A stretch of DNA of 58,685 nucleotides from Breznakibacter sp. (GTDB taxonomy: Bacteria > Bacteroidota > Bacteroidia > Bacteroidales > Marinilabiliaceae), in the NCBI GenBank assembly GCA_018055415.1, contig JAGPHP010000001.1:1-58685 (forward strand), given 5' to 3'. The position numbers and the translations under genes are program-made. Positions 28,786 through 38,904 of this stretch are shown one piece after another (the stretch's first letter is position 1; each line of letters starts with the position of its first letter). The notes under the pieces are model-generated. The model had not been told where the DNA came from, did no database searches, and saw only the letters and a program-made list of their open reading frames with translations.

Positions 28786-29853
28786 TTAATGTTTTTTGGC
28801 AAAAGTTTTCATTGCATCTATCAGTGCAACAACACTCTCTTTTGGTAAGGCATTATAAGTAGATGCTCTAAAACCTCCCACAGAACGGTGACCTGTAATA
28901 CCGATTAGTCCTTGAGAAACGGCAAACTTATCAAACTCCTTCTCTAACTCTTTATACTCATCCTTCATCACGAAGCAGATATTCATTAATGAACGATCTT
29001 CAACCGCTGCTGTTCCTTTAAACAGTTTGTTTGAGTCAATCTCATCATAAAGTAGTGCAGCTTTCTCTTGGTTAATTTTAGCCATAGCCTCTAAACCACC
29101 CTTTTCTTTTAACCACTTTAAGGTTTGTAATGCAGCATACACAGGCACAACCGGAGGTGTATTAAACATACTCTCACCTTTAATGTGAGTTGTATAATTT
29201 AACATAGTTGGGATTGGACGATCAACTTTTCCTAACGCATCAACTTTAACAATTGCAAATGTTAAACCTGCAGGAGCTAAATTCTTTTGAGCACCACCAT
29301 AAATAATAGAGTATTTAGAGATATCCACTGGACGTGAGAAAATGTCTGATGACATATCGGCAACCATTGGAATTGCAACATCTAAATCTTTATGTAATTG
29401 TGTTCCATAAATAGTGTTGTTACTTGTAACGTGTAAATACTCAGCATCTGAAGGAACAACAAAATCTTTAGGGATATATGAGAAGTTCTTATCTTTTGAT
29501 GATGCAACCTCAACTGCCTCACCAAAAAGCTTAGCCTCTTTATGAGCTTTAGTTGCCCACTCGCCAGTTACTAAGTAAGCAGACTTCTTATTCATGATAT
29601 TGAAAGGTACCATTGAAAATTGAAGACTTGCGCCACCTCCAAGAAATACCACTTCATATCCTTCAGGAACATTTAATAGCGACTTAAATAACGATCTCGT
29701 CTCATCCATTACAGCAATAAACTCCTTACTACGGTGCGACACTTCCATAAGGGATAAACCTGTGCCAGCAAAATCTAAAATTGCTTCGGCCGTGCTTTTA
29801 ATAGTTGCCTGTGGCAATATCGACGGACCAGCGTAAAAATTGTGCATTTTCAT
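28786..29853 (-). CDS. serC: Phosphoserine aminotransferase
   Basis: [15 protein letters not shown]-terminus and class V aminotransferase pattern; 355 aa. Confidence 0.9.
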   Translation of the reverse strand: MKMHNFYAGPSILPQATIKSTAEAILDFAGTGLSLMEVSHRSKEFIAVMDETRSLFKSLLNVPEGYEVVFLGGGASLQFSMVPFNIMNKKSAYLVTGEWATKAHKEAKLFGEAVEVASSKDKNFSYIPKDFVVPSDAEYLHVTSNNTIYGTQLHKDLDVAIPMVADMSSDIFSRPVDISKYSIIYGGAQKNLAPAGLTFAIVKVDALGKVDRPIPTMLNYTTHIKGESMFNTPPVVPVYAALQTLKWLKEKGGLEAMAKINQEKAALLYDEIDSNKLFKGTAAVEDRSLMNICFVMKDEYKELEKEFDKFAVSQGLIGITGHRSVGGFRASTYNALPKESVVALIDAMKTFAKKH

Positions 29854-29913
29854 TTTTTCTGTATTTAGTAATGAAATCGTTAATAAATCAAAGAATATTT
29901 AAAAAATCTGGTG

Positions 29914-29921
29914 CAAAAATA
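29914..29921 (-). promoter_or_regulatory. -7 box TATTTTTG upstream of serC
   Basis: Complement of caaaaata, 61 nt upstream of the serC ATG. Confidence 0.3.
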
Positions 29922-29991
29922 GCAATTTTTACCTACCATTATTATTTATCTAAACAATTTTTATGATAGATTTTGGATGTTGTACAACACC

Positions 29992-30720
29992 CTAATTTTC
30001 AATTGTTATACCTATAAGTCGATCACCCTTTAACAGCGGAATCAAATTTGTTTGATCGAGCGTGTGGCAAAAATCAAACACATCATCCAATCCTTTTGAG
30101 GCCAAACGACCTTTTTGAGCAACCTTTTGACTATAGTTGATTAAATCATCTTTTGCAACACGCCATAAATCGAGCGCTGCATTAGCCGAATCGCATATTG
30201 TAAAAAAATTACCACTTTCAATCAACTGTTCAGAAACCGCACCAGCAAACACCGCGTCTTCGAGACTAAATCTATTTTTCCACCCCGAACAAAAGATTGT
30301 CACATCCCTATTTTGAGCTACTAACCAACGACTTAAAGCCGTTAAATTCAAATATGAACCTACCACGATCTGCGAGCAACCACGAGCTAATTCTATAGCT
30401 TTTGTTCCATTAGTGGTAGAATAGACGATTGAGCGCCCCTCTACCCTCTCTTTCGTAAAATTATAGGGGGAATTCCCAAAATCGGCAAAATCTAATACAT
30501 AACCATCTCTCTCGGCGGCTACTAAATAACCCTTATCTTTATACTCCTTCGCTACATCAATCTCCTTTACGGGTATTATCTCCTTTACTCCATTCATGAA
30601 TGCCGCTGAAATGGCCGAAGTTGCTCGTAATATATCTACGATAACAACAATAGCATCGGGTTTATGATGTAAAGGATAAATAGCTGGTGTAAAGCAAACT
30701 TCAATAGCTTTTTTATCCAT
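29992..30720 (-). CDS. 2-phosphosulfolactate phosphatase (ComB) family protein
   Basis: 242 aa with the VDILRATSAI motif typical of the ComB family. It starts 1 nt after the gcvT stop. Confidence 0.75.
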   Translation of the reverse strand: MDKKAIEVCFTPAIYPLHHKPDAIVVIVDILRATSAISAAFMNGVKEIIPVKEIDVAKEYKDKGYLVAAERDGYVLDFADFGNSPYNFTKERVEGRSIVYSTTNGTKAIELARGCSQIVVGSYLNLTALSRWLVAQNRDVTIFCSGWKNRFSLEDAVFAGAVSEQLIESGNFFTICDSANAALDLWRVAKDDLINYSQKVAQKGRLASKGLDDVFDFCHTLDQTNLIPLLKGDRLIGITIEN

Positions 30721-30721
30721 G

Positions 30722-31807
30722 TTATTTAAGAAAAGGCATTTTAACTACCTCAGCAGCAACACTCTTATTTCTGATCTTAATAAAAATCTCAGAACCAATT
30801 TTCGAAAATTCTGGTTTAACATACCCCATTCCCACACCTTGTTGAAGTACCGGCGACATGGTTCCTGATGTTACAACACCTATAACGTTTCCGTTTGCAT
30901 CCACAACTTCGTAATCATGACGAGGAATAGCTCTCTCCTTCATCTTAAAGCCAACCAATTTACGAGTGACTCCTTCTGTTTTCTGTTTCAAAAGAAGATC
31001 TTTATCCACAAAATTCTTGCTATCTGTAAATTTAGTAATCCATCCCAAACTTGCTTCAATTGGTGAAGTTGTATCGTTTATGTCGTTTCCATACAAACAA
31101 TAGCCCATCTCAAGACGCAAGGTATCTCTGGCTCCAAGTCCGATAGGCTTTAAACCAAACGCATCACCTGCCTTAAGGAGAGCATCCCACGCTTGCTTTA
31201 CATCTTTATTATAAAAATAGAGTTCAAATCCACCTGCACCAGTATAGCCCGTGTTTGAGATAATAACATCTGAAATACCAGCAAAATCGCCAGTTGTGAA
31301 GGTATAATATGGTATTTTAGACAAATCAACCGACGTTAATGTTTGCAGAAGAGCCACCGCTTTAGGACCTTGAATGGCCAATTGGGAGGTAGCATCACTT
31401 GCATTTTCTAGAATAGCACCCATACTATTTTGAGAGTTACACCACTCCCAATCTTTATCAATATTACCCGCATTAACAACCAGTAAATACTTCTCATCTG
31501 CATATTTATAGACAAGTAGGTCATCAACGATGCCACCTTTACCATTTGGAAAACAAGAGTATTGAATTTTACCGATTTCTAATACAGAAGCATCATTGGA
31601 AGTAACTTTTTGAACAAAATCTAAGGCTTTTGGTCCTTTCACCCAAAACTCACCCATGTGCGAAACATCAAAAACACCAACTTCATTTCGTACACACAGA
31701 TGTTCCGACGTGATACCACTGTACTCCAGAGGCATTTCAAAACCTGCAAATGGCACCATCTTAGCGCCTAAAGCAATATGACTTTGATTCAAGACTGTCT
31801 TTTTCAT
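30722..31807 (-). CDS. gcvT: Glycine cleavage system T protein (aminomethyltransferase)
   Basis: [29 protein letters not shown] start at ATG 31807. The 31 residues added by the track ORF are hydrophobic read-through. Confidence 0.9.
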   Translation of the reverse strand: MKKTVLNQSHIALGAKMVPFAGFEMPLEYSGITSEHLCVRNEVGVFDVSHMGEFWVKGPKALDFVQKVTSNDASVLEIGKIQYSCFPNGKGGIVDDLLVYKYADEKYLLVVNAGNIDKDWEWCNSQNSMGAILENASDATSQLAIQGPKAVALLQTLTSVDLSKIPYYTFTTGDFAGISDVIISNTGYTGAGGFELYFYNKDVKQAWDALLKAGDAFGLKPIGLGARDTLRLEMGYCLYGNDINDTTSPIEASLGWITKFTDSKNFVDKDLLLKQKTEGVTRKLVGFKMKERAIPRHDYEVVDANGNVIGVVTSGTMSPVLQQGVGMGYVKPEFSKIGSEIFIKIRNKSVAAEVVKMPFLK

Positions 31808-31925
31808 GCTATCTATTTTTTGCAAAGGAACAAAATTAAAAATCTCATAAAAAGGACTAATTAAAATAATTATCATTTTTGACCATATACTTATCAACAA
31901 AGAGTCAGAAATTCAAAAAAAAATC

Positions 31926-31933
31926 TATTTTTG
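31926..31933 (+). promoter_or_regulatory. -7 box TATTTTTG upstream of the Hpt gene
   Basis: TAnnTTTG match 28 nt upstream of the GTG at 31962. Confidence 0.3.
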
Positions 31934-31961
31934 TAGTACTAAACTATAAAACTAAAACCTT

Positions 31962-32447
31962 GTGAAAACCGACTATCAAATTATCGATCTTTCTTATTTA
32001 AATGAAATTTCAGATAATAACAGTGAGATCAAAAGAGCTCTTATTGATATTTTCCTCTCTCAAATACCTGAGTTTGAATCTGATTTCCAACGTGCTTTTG
32101 CCGAAAAAAATTGGAAATTTCTAGCTCAGGTGGCGCATAAAGCAAAATCATCTGTTTTGTCCATGGGAATGAACAACTTAGGCTCTGTGGATTTGAAAAA
32201 CTTGGAATTGCTCTCAAATAAGTTTTATATTAACATATTAGAGTCCAATCCTCACCTAACGGATAAAGAGAAATTAGATCTCGAAAACCTAAAAGCAACC
32301 CTTAATAGCTACCCTACGGATCGGATAAAATGGATTGAAGAGAACATTTCTGAAAATAATATCGAAAATTTAATAAAAAAGTTTGTAGAAATTTGTAATA
32401 AAGCATCTTTGGAGTTAAATTGCGAGCTAAACGAATTACAGTACTAA
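31962..32447 (+). CDS. Hpt (histidine phosphotransfer) domain protein
   Basis: AHKAKSSVLSMGMNNLG resembles the Hpt HxxKGSSxxxG motif. 161 aa, with a GTG start. Confidence 0.6.
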   Translation: MKTDYQIIDLSYLNEISDNNSEIKRALIDIFLSQIPEFESDFQRAFAEKNWKFLAQVAHKAKSSVLSMGMNNLGSVDLKNLELLSNKFYINILESNPHLTDKEKLDLENLKATLNSYPTDRIKWIEENISENNIENLIKKFVEICNKASLELNCELNELQY

Positions 32448-32468
32448 TTATTGTTAATAATATACTAT

Positions 32469-32792
32469 ATGATTACAAATCTTAATAAAAATGGTTTTAT
32501 TGTTGGAAAGATTGAATCCGATAGACTTAATGCGGCAATTGCACCAAAAATAAAAGAAGATCTTACTGAAATTTTCAAGACTAAAGGATCTAAAGTTATT
32601 TTAAACCTTGACTCTATTAAATTTATAGATAGTACAGGAATTGGCACTCTCATTTCGGCTCTAAAAGCTGCTAGACAGAGCGATGGTATTTTCGTGCTTT
32701 CAAACGTTCAACCAGAAGTAATGAGTCTAATTACATTAATGAAATTAGATAAGATTTTTGATATTTTCCCTTCAGAAGAGTTAGTAAAATAG
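32469..32792 (+). CDS. STAS-domain protein (anti-sigma-factor antagonist type)
   Basis: LDSIKFIDSTGIGTLISALKAAR, a SpoIIAA-like DSxG phospho-site context. The ATG at 32469 is preferred over the TTG at 32451. Confidence 0.8.
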   Translation: MITNLNKNGFIVGKIESDRLNAAIAPKIKEDLTEIFKTKGSKVILNLDSIKFIDSTGIGTLISALKAARQSDGIFVLSNVQPEVMSLITLMKLDKIFDIFPSEELVK

Positions 32793-32805
32793 AATAGAAG
32801 CATAC

Positions 32806-32843
32806 AAAAAAAGGGGTTGTAATTTTTACAACCCCTTTTTTTG
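32806..32843. terminator. Bidirectional intrinsic terminator
   Basis: ggggttgt / acaacccc stem flanked by A7 and T7. Confidence 0.7.
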
Positions 32844-32929
32844 TGTTTTAATCTACATATCAAAGTTTATGAGAAACTGAAAACTCGATAATTGATAACT
32901 AGTCCTTTACCTTTTTCATCAATAAACCA

Positions 32930-35074
32930 TTACCTCAAATAATCATCAAAATACTCAGTAATTTTATCCATTAAATGAACCCTATCAGCACCAATAACAT
33001 TGTGTTCGTGATTTGGATAGATGAAATAGTCGATAGGAACGTGCTCCTCAATGGCCTTATTTATAAAATCAATAGATTGTTTCCATAATACTACGGGATC
33101 TTTTGATCCATGAATAACCATCAACTTTCCTTCAATCGACGAAACACCCTTTAATAGATTCGCACGCTCATACCCCTCCTCATTATTCTGAGGGGTGCTC
33201 ATGTATCGCTCACCATACATAATCTCATACATTCGCCAGTCGATCACAGGCCCTCCAGCAACACCCACCTTAAAGCGATCGGAATAGTTCTCCATCAAAG
33301 AAATCGACATAAAACCGCCAAAACTCCATCCAAAAACCCCAATCCAACTCTTATCAACATATGGCAATCTACATAGATAGTCAACACCTTTCATTTGATC
33401 TAACATCTCGTTTTGACCCAAGTTTAAATATGTTGCTTGTTCAAACTCTTTTCCTCTATGAGAGGTACCTCTATTATCCAACGTAAAAACAACATATCCC
33501 TTTTGAGCCATATATAAATCCCACATCGAGGCGCCGTTGAGCCACTTATTAGTAACCAACTGTGAGTGAGGGCCACCATAAACATAGACGATAACAGGAT
33601 ATTTCTTTTTAGCATCAAAACCGGGAGGCGTTATCAGACGTGCAAACAAAATTGTTGAATCATCATCGGCCTTTAACTTAACAACCTCGATTTTAGGCAT
33701 ACGCTCCTTTTTTAAAGGGTTAAAAGCGGAGGAGATAACTCGAGAATTTGAATTAGCAAAATTATATAACTCAATAGCCCCTGGTAACTCAGGATTTGAA
33801 TATCTATCTAATAACAACGATCCGTTACTACTTAATGTAGCAGTGTGATAACCCTCAATGGCTGAAATAGCAACCATAGTACCCTTATTTACATCCAACT
33901 TATAGACATGATTCTCTAAAGGATTCTCTTTATTCGCTTCATAGATTAAATTTTTACCATCTGAAGTAAAACCATGAATAGCCGAGACTTCCCATTTTCC
34001 TTTGGTTAATTGACGCAAAACATCACCCGTTGTATTATATTTATAGAGATGATTGTATCCATCTCTTCGACTCATCCAGATAAATTCTTTTGAATTTTTA
34101 GGATTAAAAACAACACCATTTTCTGGTTCGATATATTTAGACTCATTCTCCGAAAAAACAATATTTCCAGAACCCATCTCATCAATATCGTATCTAACCA
34201 TATCCAAATTTTGCTGAGTACGATCAACCTCTGCAATGTAAATCGATGACTCATCTGGCGACCATGTAATATTAGTATAATAACGATCTCTTCCCTCCCC
34301 GTCATTAATATACTTTATCTTACCATTTGTAACATCCAAAACCCCCACACAAACAAGCTGATTAGGAGTGCCAACCATTGGATAATTAAGGTAAGAAACT
34401 GCTGGAATTGGTTGACTATAATCAACAATTGGATACTTGGCAATAGAAGACTCATTTATTCGATAAAAAGCAAGATACTTGCCCGAAGGAGACCAAAATG
34501 TACCCTTTGAAATTCCAAATTCGTTTCGTGATGCAACTTTCCCATATAAAACATCACTACTCAAACTATCACCTAGAACATACTTTTTATCATTTCCAGC
34601 ACTGATTACTAAGGCAGATCCACTATCATAAGCAATTAATGAGCCCTTTGGTGCTATATCATACTTTGAATCGTTCTCAATAGGAATAAAATATTTTACA
34701 GATTTATCGGCAATATCAAAACAAAAAATCGACCTGTGGCTTAAAAAAAAGATATCCTTTGAATTTCCCCATTCAAAATCTGGTAGCTTGGATAATTGGT
34801 TAAATGAAAGCGATTGTAATCCGCTGTTCAAATCATCCAAATTAAAGAGCACCTTTCCAACAACATGAGTCACATTATCAAATAAGCGTACAGATGTATC
34901 GTCGATAAGAAAGAGACTTTTCCCATCTCTCGAAAATTTAAACTTTGATAATTGAGGTTGAAATTTCTTATAACTCTTTCCACCAGGAACCACATCATCA
35001 ATAACAAAATTACGTTGCGCCGAGCCAATAAAAACAGCAACAAAGAGAAAAAATAGTAATATAAAATGACGCAT
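32930..35074 (-). CDS. Dipeptidyl-peptidase IV (S9B prolyl oligopeptidase family)
   Basis: Signal peptide, beta-propeller-like N-terminal region, catalytic GWSFGG, and a C-terminal Asp/His region. Confidence 0.9.
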   Translation of the reverse strand: MRHFILLFFLFVAVFIGSAQRNFVIDDVVPGGKSYKKFQPQLSKFKFSRDGKSLFLIDDTSVRLFDNVTHVVGKVLFNLDDLNSGLQSLSFNQLSKLPDFEWGNSKDIFFLSHRSIFCFDIADKSVKYFIPIENDSKYDIAPKGSLIAYDSGSALVISAGNDKKYVLGDSLSSDVLYGKVASRNEFGISKGTFWSPSGKYLAFYRINESSIAKYPIVDYSQPIPAVSYLNYPMVGTPNQLVCVGVLDVTNGKIKYINDGEGRDRYYTNITWSPDESSIYIAEVDRTQQNLDMVRYDIDEMGSGNIVFSENESKYIEPENGVVFNPKNSKEFIWMSRRDGYNHLYKYNTTGDVLRQLTKGKWEVSAIHGFTSDGKNLIYEANKENPLENHVYKLDVNKGTMVAISAIEGYHTATLSSNGSLLLDRYSNPELPGAIELYNFANSNSRVISSAFNPLKKERMPKIEVVKLKADDDSTILFARLITPPGFDAKKKYPVIVYVYGGPHSQLVTNKWLNGASMWDLYMAQKGYVVFTLDNRGTSHRGKEFEQATYLNLGQNEMLDQMKGVDYLCRLPYVDKSWIGVFGWSFGGFMSISLMENYSDRFKVGVAGGPVIDWRMYEIMYGERYMSTPQNNEEGYERANLLKGVSSIEGKLMVIHGSKDPVVLWKQSIDFINKAIEEHVPIDYFIYPNHEHNVIGADRVHLMDKITEYFDDYLR

Positions 35075-35272
35075 ATAACAAACAAATATTTGGATTTACA
35101 TTCCAAAAATAATTCAATTTATCAGGTATAAAGCTCTTATCCTTTAAAATTTCAGAAAAATCGCATTATTAGATCAATTTAAAAGAGAATATCCTTTTGA
35201 TAATTGATAAAATATCTTAATTTTGGCAATGCAGTTGATTGCTAGCAATATAATTTTTTTAGATTTACCACT

Positions 35273-35740
35273 ATGAAAAAGAGCTTTATATTACTTATAT
35301 TCCTTTCGTTGAGTTTCTCATTTTATTCTGAAAATAATAATGGGACGACACTTGGAAATGGTTGTAATCAATATATAAAATCCCCATTCATAAAAAACAG
35401 TAATCCGATGAAAGCATTTTTATCGGGTGATGAGATTGCCGAGTTTCATGCTACCTTTTTTAAAGGCACAATGTATCGCATAGTTGCTTGTAGTGGCGAT
35501 AATAGTAGCGTTCCTTTTTCAATTATTGACAAATCAGGAAAAGTACTCTTCTCAAACGATCAGTATTCAATGAAACCATATTGGGATTTTGTCATGGAAG
35601 GTGATCTTGATTGTATCATAGAGGCTCGTTTAAGCGACTCAAGCAAGACTTCAGGTGTTGTTTCGGTTCAAATTGCGTTTAAAAGCATCAGTGAAGAGAT
35701 TAATAGCGACTCAGTTTCAGATAAAAGTCTAACAAATTAG
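35273..35740 (+). CDS. Small secreted protein of unknown function
   Basis: 155 aa with a signal peptide (MKKSFILLIFLSLSFSFYS). Its stop lies 34 nt upstream of the ABC gene on the same strand. Confidence 0.7.
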   Translation: MKKSFILLIFLSLSFSFYSENNNGTTLGNGCNQYIKSPFIKNSNPMKAFLSGDEIAEFHATFFKGTMYRIVACSGDNSSVPFSIIDKSGKVLFSNDQYSMKPYWDFVMEGDLDCIIEARLSDSSKTSGVVSVQIAFKSISEEINSDSVSDKSLTN

Positions 35741-35774
35741 TTATACTCGAACCATACTCCTAACATAACCACCG

Positions 35775-38700
35775 ATGAGTGAGGGTATTTTAAAAGCTTT
35801 GATGCAACTATTTGCATTAGTTTCATTCCCTTCAAACGATTCCCAATCACGTAGGTCGATTGTACATTCATTTTTAGATCAACAGCTTAACAGCCAACAA
35901 GTACAAGACTATATCCATCTTTTTGATCAAAAGATTGAGGAGATTGAGTCTAAAATGAATGAAAAAGACAAAGATCCCCAAAAAAGAGTTGCGTCTAATT
36001 CGGTTCGTGTTTTGCGAATTGCAAGCGAAGTAAACGAGCAACTCACTAATTATCAAAAAGTAATAGTTCTCATTCAGCTTATTGAATTCATCAAATCTGG
36101 AGAAAAGATAATTGGTATAGAGCTCGAATTTCTCTCAAGTGTTGCACAATCCTTCAATATAAGCTTTGAAGATTACACACAGTTAAGTACTTTCATTTTA
36201 AACAAATTTGATGAAGTACCCAAAGATTCAAAAATACTATCATTAGTACGAACCCCATCGGAGGGTGAAAATATATCGCGCGAAGGGAAGTTGTTTTGGG
36301 ATAATCTAACCAATGATATAAAACTCTTATCTCTAAACAATTACGAGGTTCTACTTTTAAGAGTTCCAACTGATTCTGAATTTGTTATCAACGGACAACC
36401 GATTAATCCTGCCAGAGTTCATATTCTAACCCCAGGATCCTCAATAAGAGATAAAAAGATTAAACCCATCTATTATAACGATATTGTATCAAAGTTTTCG
36501 GTTGACCAGGGAAAAACACCTATCTATTTCGATGTAAAAAACATATCGTTCAAATTTAAAAACAATGCTATTGGAATCCATCCAATGAGCATCTCTACTA
36601 AATCAGGAAAACTTGTTGGAATACTAGGATCAAGCGGATCAGGAAAGAGTACTCTCGTTAATATATTGAGTGGCATTTATCAACCAAGTGAAGGAAATGT
36701 TTATTTAAACGGTATTGATATTCACGAAGATGCCGATCAAATAAAGGGTCTCATTGGTTTTGTTAGTCAAGACGATTTACTCATGGAAGATCTAACCGTC
36801 TTCCAAAACCTCTACTTTAATGCGCGCCTCTGTTTTGCTGATCATGCTGAAACAGAGATCATTGAACATGTAAATATCATGCTAAAATCTCTTGGTCTCT
36901 ATGATATTAGAGAGATGAAAGTTGGAGACCCTCTTAACAAGAAAATCAGTGGAGGCCAACGAAAGAGATTGAATATTGCATTAGAATTAATTCGCGAACC
37001 TGCTGTCCTATTTCTTGATGAGCCCACATCAGGACTCTCCTCCAGAGATTCTGAAAACATAATGGACTTACTTAAAGAGCTCACTTTAAGAGGTAAATTA
37101 ATATTTGTGGTAATTCATCAACCGTCATCCGACATCTTTAAAATGCTCAGCCAATTAGTGGTTTTAGATGAAGGCGGAAGGCTCATATATAATGGCGATC
37201 CCGTTGAAGCTATTAGTTATTTCAAACATTGCACACATCATGCAAATCCCGATGAGAATGAGTGCACCGTTTGTGGCAACGTGAACTCCGAACAAATACT
37301 TAATATTATCTACTCTCAGGTACTAGATGAGTACGGAAATTCTACAAACACGCGTAAAACATCAAGTGAAGAGTGGTATCAAACCTTTATTAGCTCCGAC
37401 AAAAATAGTCAGAACGCTAATTTACATAAAACAGAGCTGCCTCTAATAAGTTTTAAAACCCCCACTCGACGCGAACAATTCACCATATTTTCACTACGAG
37501 ATATTCTCTCAAAATATGCCAACAAGCAATATCTAATTATTAACCTGCTTGAGGTGCCAGCATTGGCGCTTTTGCTTGCATCCATAATTAGATATTTCAA
37601 TATTAACTCTCCCGATGGAAGAGGCTATGTATTCGCCGATAACCCAAATGTTACTGTGTATATCATTATATCAGTAATTATATCACTATTCGTGGGCATG
37701 TCCTTGAGTGCCGAAGAGATTATAAACGACAGAAAGATATTAAATCGAGAAAAATTCCTGAACCTCAGCTGGTTAAGTTATCTTTTTTCAAAAAGCAGTA
37801 TATTGATAGGGATATCCGCTATACAAAGTCTGCTCTACGTACTCATTGGCAACACCATTATTGATCTTAAGGGGATGTATTTCAGCTATTGGCTTATTCT
37901 CTTTAGCTCTGCTGTATTTGCAAACTTATTGGGTCTAAATATCTCTGCTACCTTAAAAAAAGCTGTGAATATTTATATTCTAATCCCATTTTTACTGATA
38001 CCGCAACTCATTTTAAGTGGGGTATTTATAAGTTACGACCGACTAAATCCAACAATTTCAAAACCTAGCGGAATACCTTGGTATGGCGAGTTAATTACAG
38101 CCAGATGGGCTTTTGAAGCTTTAGCAGTAAATCAGTTTGTAAATAATAAATATGAAACCGAGTTTTACAAAAATCACAAACTTCGTTCTCAAGCAAAATT
38201 CCAAATTGATTATAAAATCCCTTCACTCAAAAATAAAGTTGCCTCGTGCAACAAACTCTACGAACAGAAGAAGACAAAAAGCGATAAATATATCGACGGA
38301 TGCGAACTCCTTTTGAATGAGATGAGATACGACACCTATTTATCTACTAAAGTGAGTAATAGCACGATTGGCAAATTGGAAAAGAACATTGTTGATGGCT
38401 CTGTATTATCAAATATTAGTAAAGCATTGGCTAGTGCAAAGACCTATCATTCGGACATTTACAACAAACAAGATAGAATTATTGATAAAATAGTTGCTTT
38501 AAATGAGAAGAGCGAGGCTTCAAAAAAGAGATTTAGAGAGTTAAAGCTGAATTATCACAATGAAGATTTAGAGCGTTTTGTTAGAAACACAAACAACTTC
38601 TTCACCAATAAAATTGTGGAGTATGATGGACAACTAATTCAAAAAGTTGATCCAATTTTTAATGATCCAGACGGGGCTCTTTTTAATGCCCATTTTTTAG

Positions 38701-38864
38701 CACCTCAAAAAAGCATCTTCGTTGCCAATATACCAACATTTTGGTTCAACTTCGTGATCATTTGGTTAATGAATACCTTCCTTTTTGTAGCCCTTTATAA
38801 ACAGTGGTTATATAAAATTACTACTTTTAGCGATCGATTGAAACAAAAAATGAAGAGAGGATAA
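35775..38864 (+). CDS. Multidomain ABC transporter: N-terminal regulatory modules, NBD and an ABC-2/ABCG-like membrane domain
   Basis: Walker A (GSSGSGKST), signature (SGGQRKRLNIA) and Walker B (VLFLDEPTSGL). Downstream lies an ABC-2-type TM bundle with a ~230-aa insert before the last TM. The ~250-aa N-terminal extension has a TerB-like helical part and an FHA-like segment. Confidence 0.85.
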   Translation: MSEGILKALMQLFALVSFPSNDSQSRRSIVHSFLDQQLNSQQVQDYIHLFDQKIEEIESKMNEKDKDPQKRVASNSVRVLRIASEVNEQLTNYQKVIVLIQLIEFIKSGEKIIGIELEFLSSVAQSFNISFEDYTQLSTFILNKFDEVPKDSKILSLVRTPSEGENISREGKLFWDNLTNDIKLLSLNNYEVLLLRVPTDSEFVINGQPINPARVHILTPGSSIRDKKIKPIYYNDIVSKFSVDQGKTPIYFDVKNISFKFKNNAIGIHPMSISTKSGKLVGILGSSGSGKSTLVNILSGIYQPSEGNVYLNGIDIHEDADQIKGLIGFVSQDDLLMEDLTVFQNLYFNARLCFADHAETEIIEHVNIMLKSLGLYDIREMKVGDPLNKKISGGQRKRLNIALELIREPAVLFLDEPTSGLSSRDSENIMDLLKELTLRGKLIFVVIHQPSSDIFKMLSQLVVLDEGGRLIYNGDPVEAISYFKHCTHHANPDENECTVCGNVNSEQILNIIYSQVLDEYGNSTNTRKTSSEEWYQTFISSDKNSQNANLHKTELPLISFKTPTRREQFTIFSLRDILSKYANKQYLIINLLEVPALALLLASIIRYFNINSPDGRGYVFADNPNVTVYIIISVIISLFVGMSLSAEEIINDRKILNREKFLNLSWLSYLFSKSSILIGISAIQSLLYVLIGNTIIDLKGMYFSYWLILFSSAVFANLLGLNISATLKKAVNIYILIPFLLIPQLILSGVFISYDRLNPTISKPSGIPWYGELITARWAFEALAVNQFVNNKYETEFYKNHKLRSQAKFQIDYKIPSLKNKVASCNKLYEQKKTKSDKYIDGCELLLNEMRYDTYLSTKVSNSTIGKLEKNIVDGSVLSNISKALASAKTYHSDIYNKQDRIIDKIVALNEKSEASKKRFRELKLNYHNEDLERFVRNTNNFFTNKIVEYDGQLIQKVDPIFNDPDGALFNAHFLAPQKSIFVANIPTFWFNFVIIWLMNTFLFVALYKQWLYKITTFSDRLKQKMKRG

Positions 38865-38885
38865 ACCTAAATCTACCCTCTCTTC
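38852..38885 (-). terminator. Terminator for the convergent SiaC-like gene (overlaps the ABC stop codon)
   Basis: gaagagagg / cctctcttc 9-bp stem, with a T run on the minus strand. Confidence 0.5.
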
Positions 38886-38904
38886 AAAAAATATTATCGT
38901 ATTA

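Noticed and set aside
31808-31961. Glycine riboswitch upstream of gcvT, and a 31-aa N-terminal extension of GcvT
   Set aside because: The leader is extremely AT-rich with no GGAGAG...CACCG-type conserved cores or paired aptamer stems. The extension is hydrophobic read-through upstream of the canonical [10 protein letters not shown] start.
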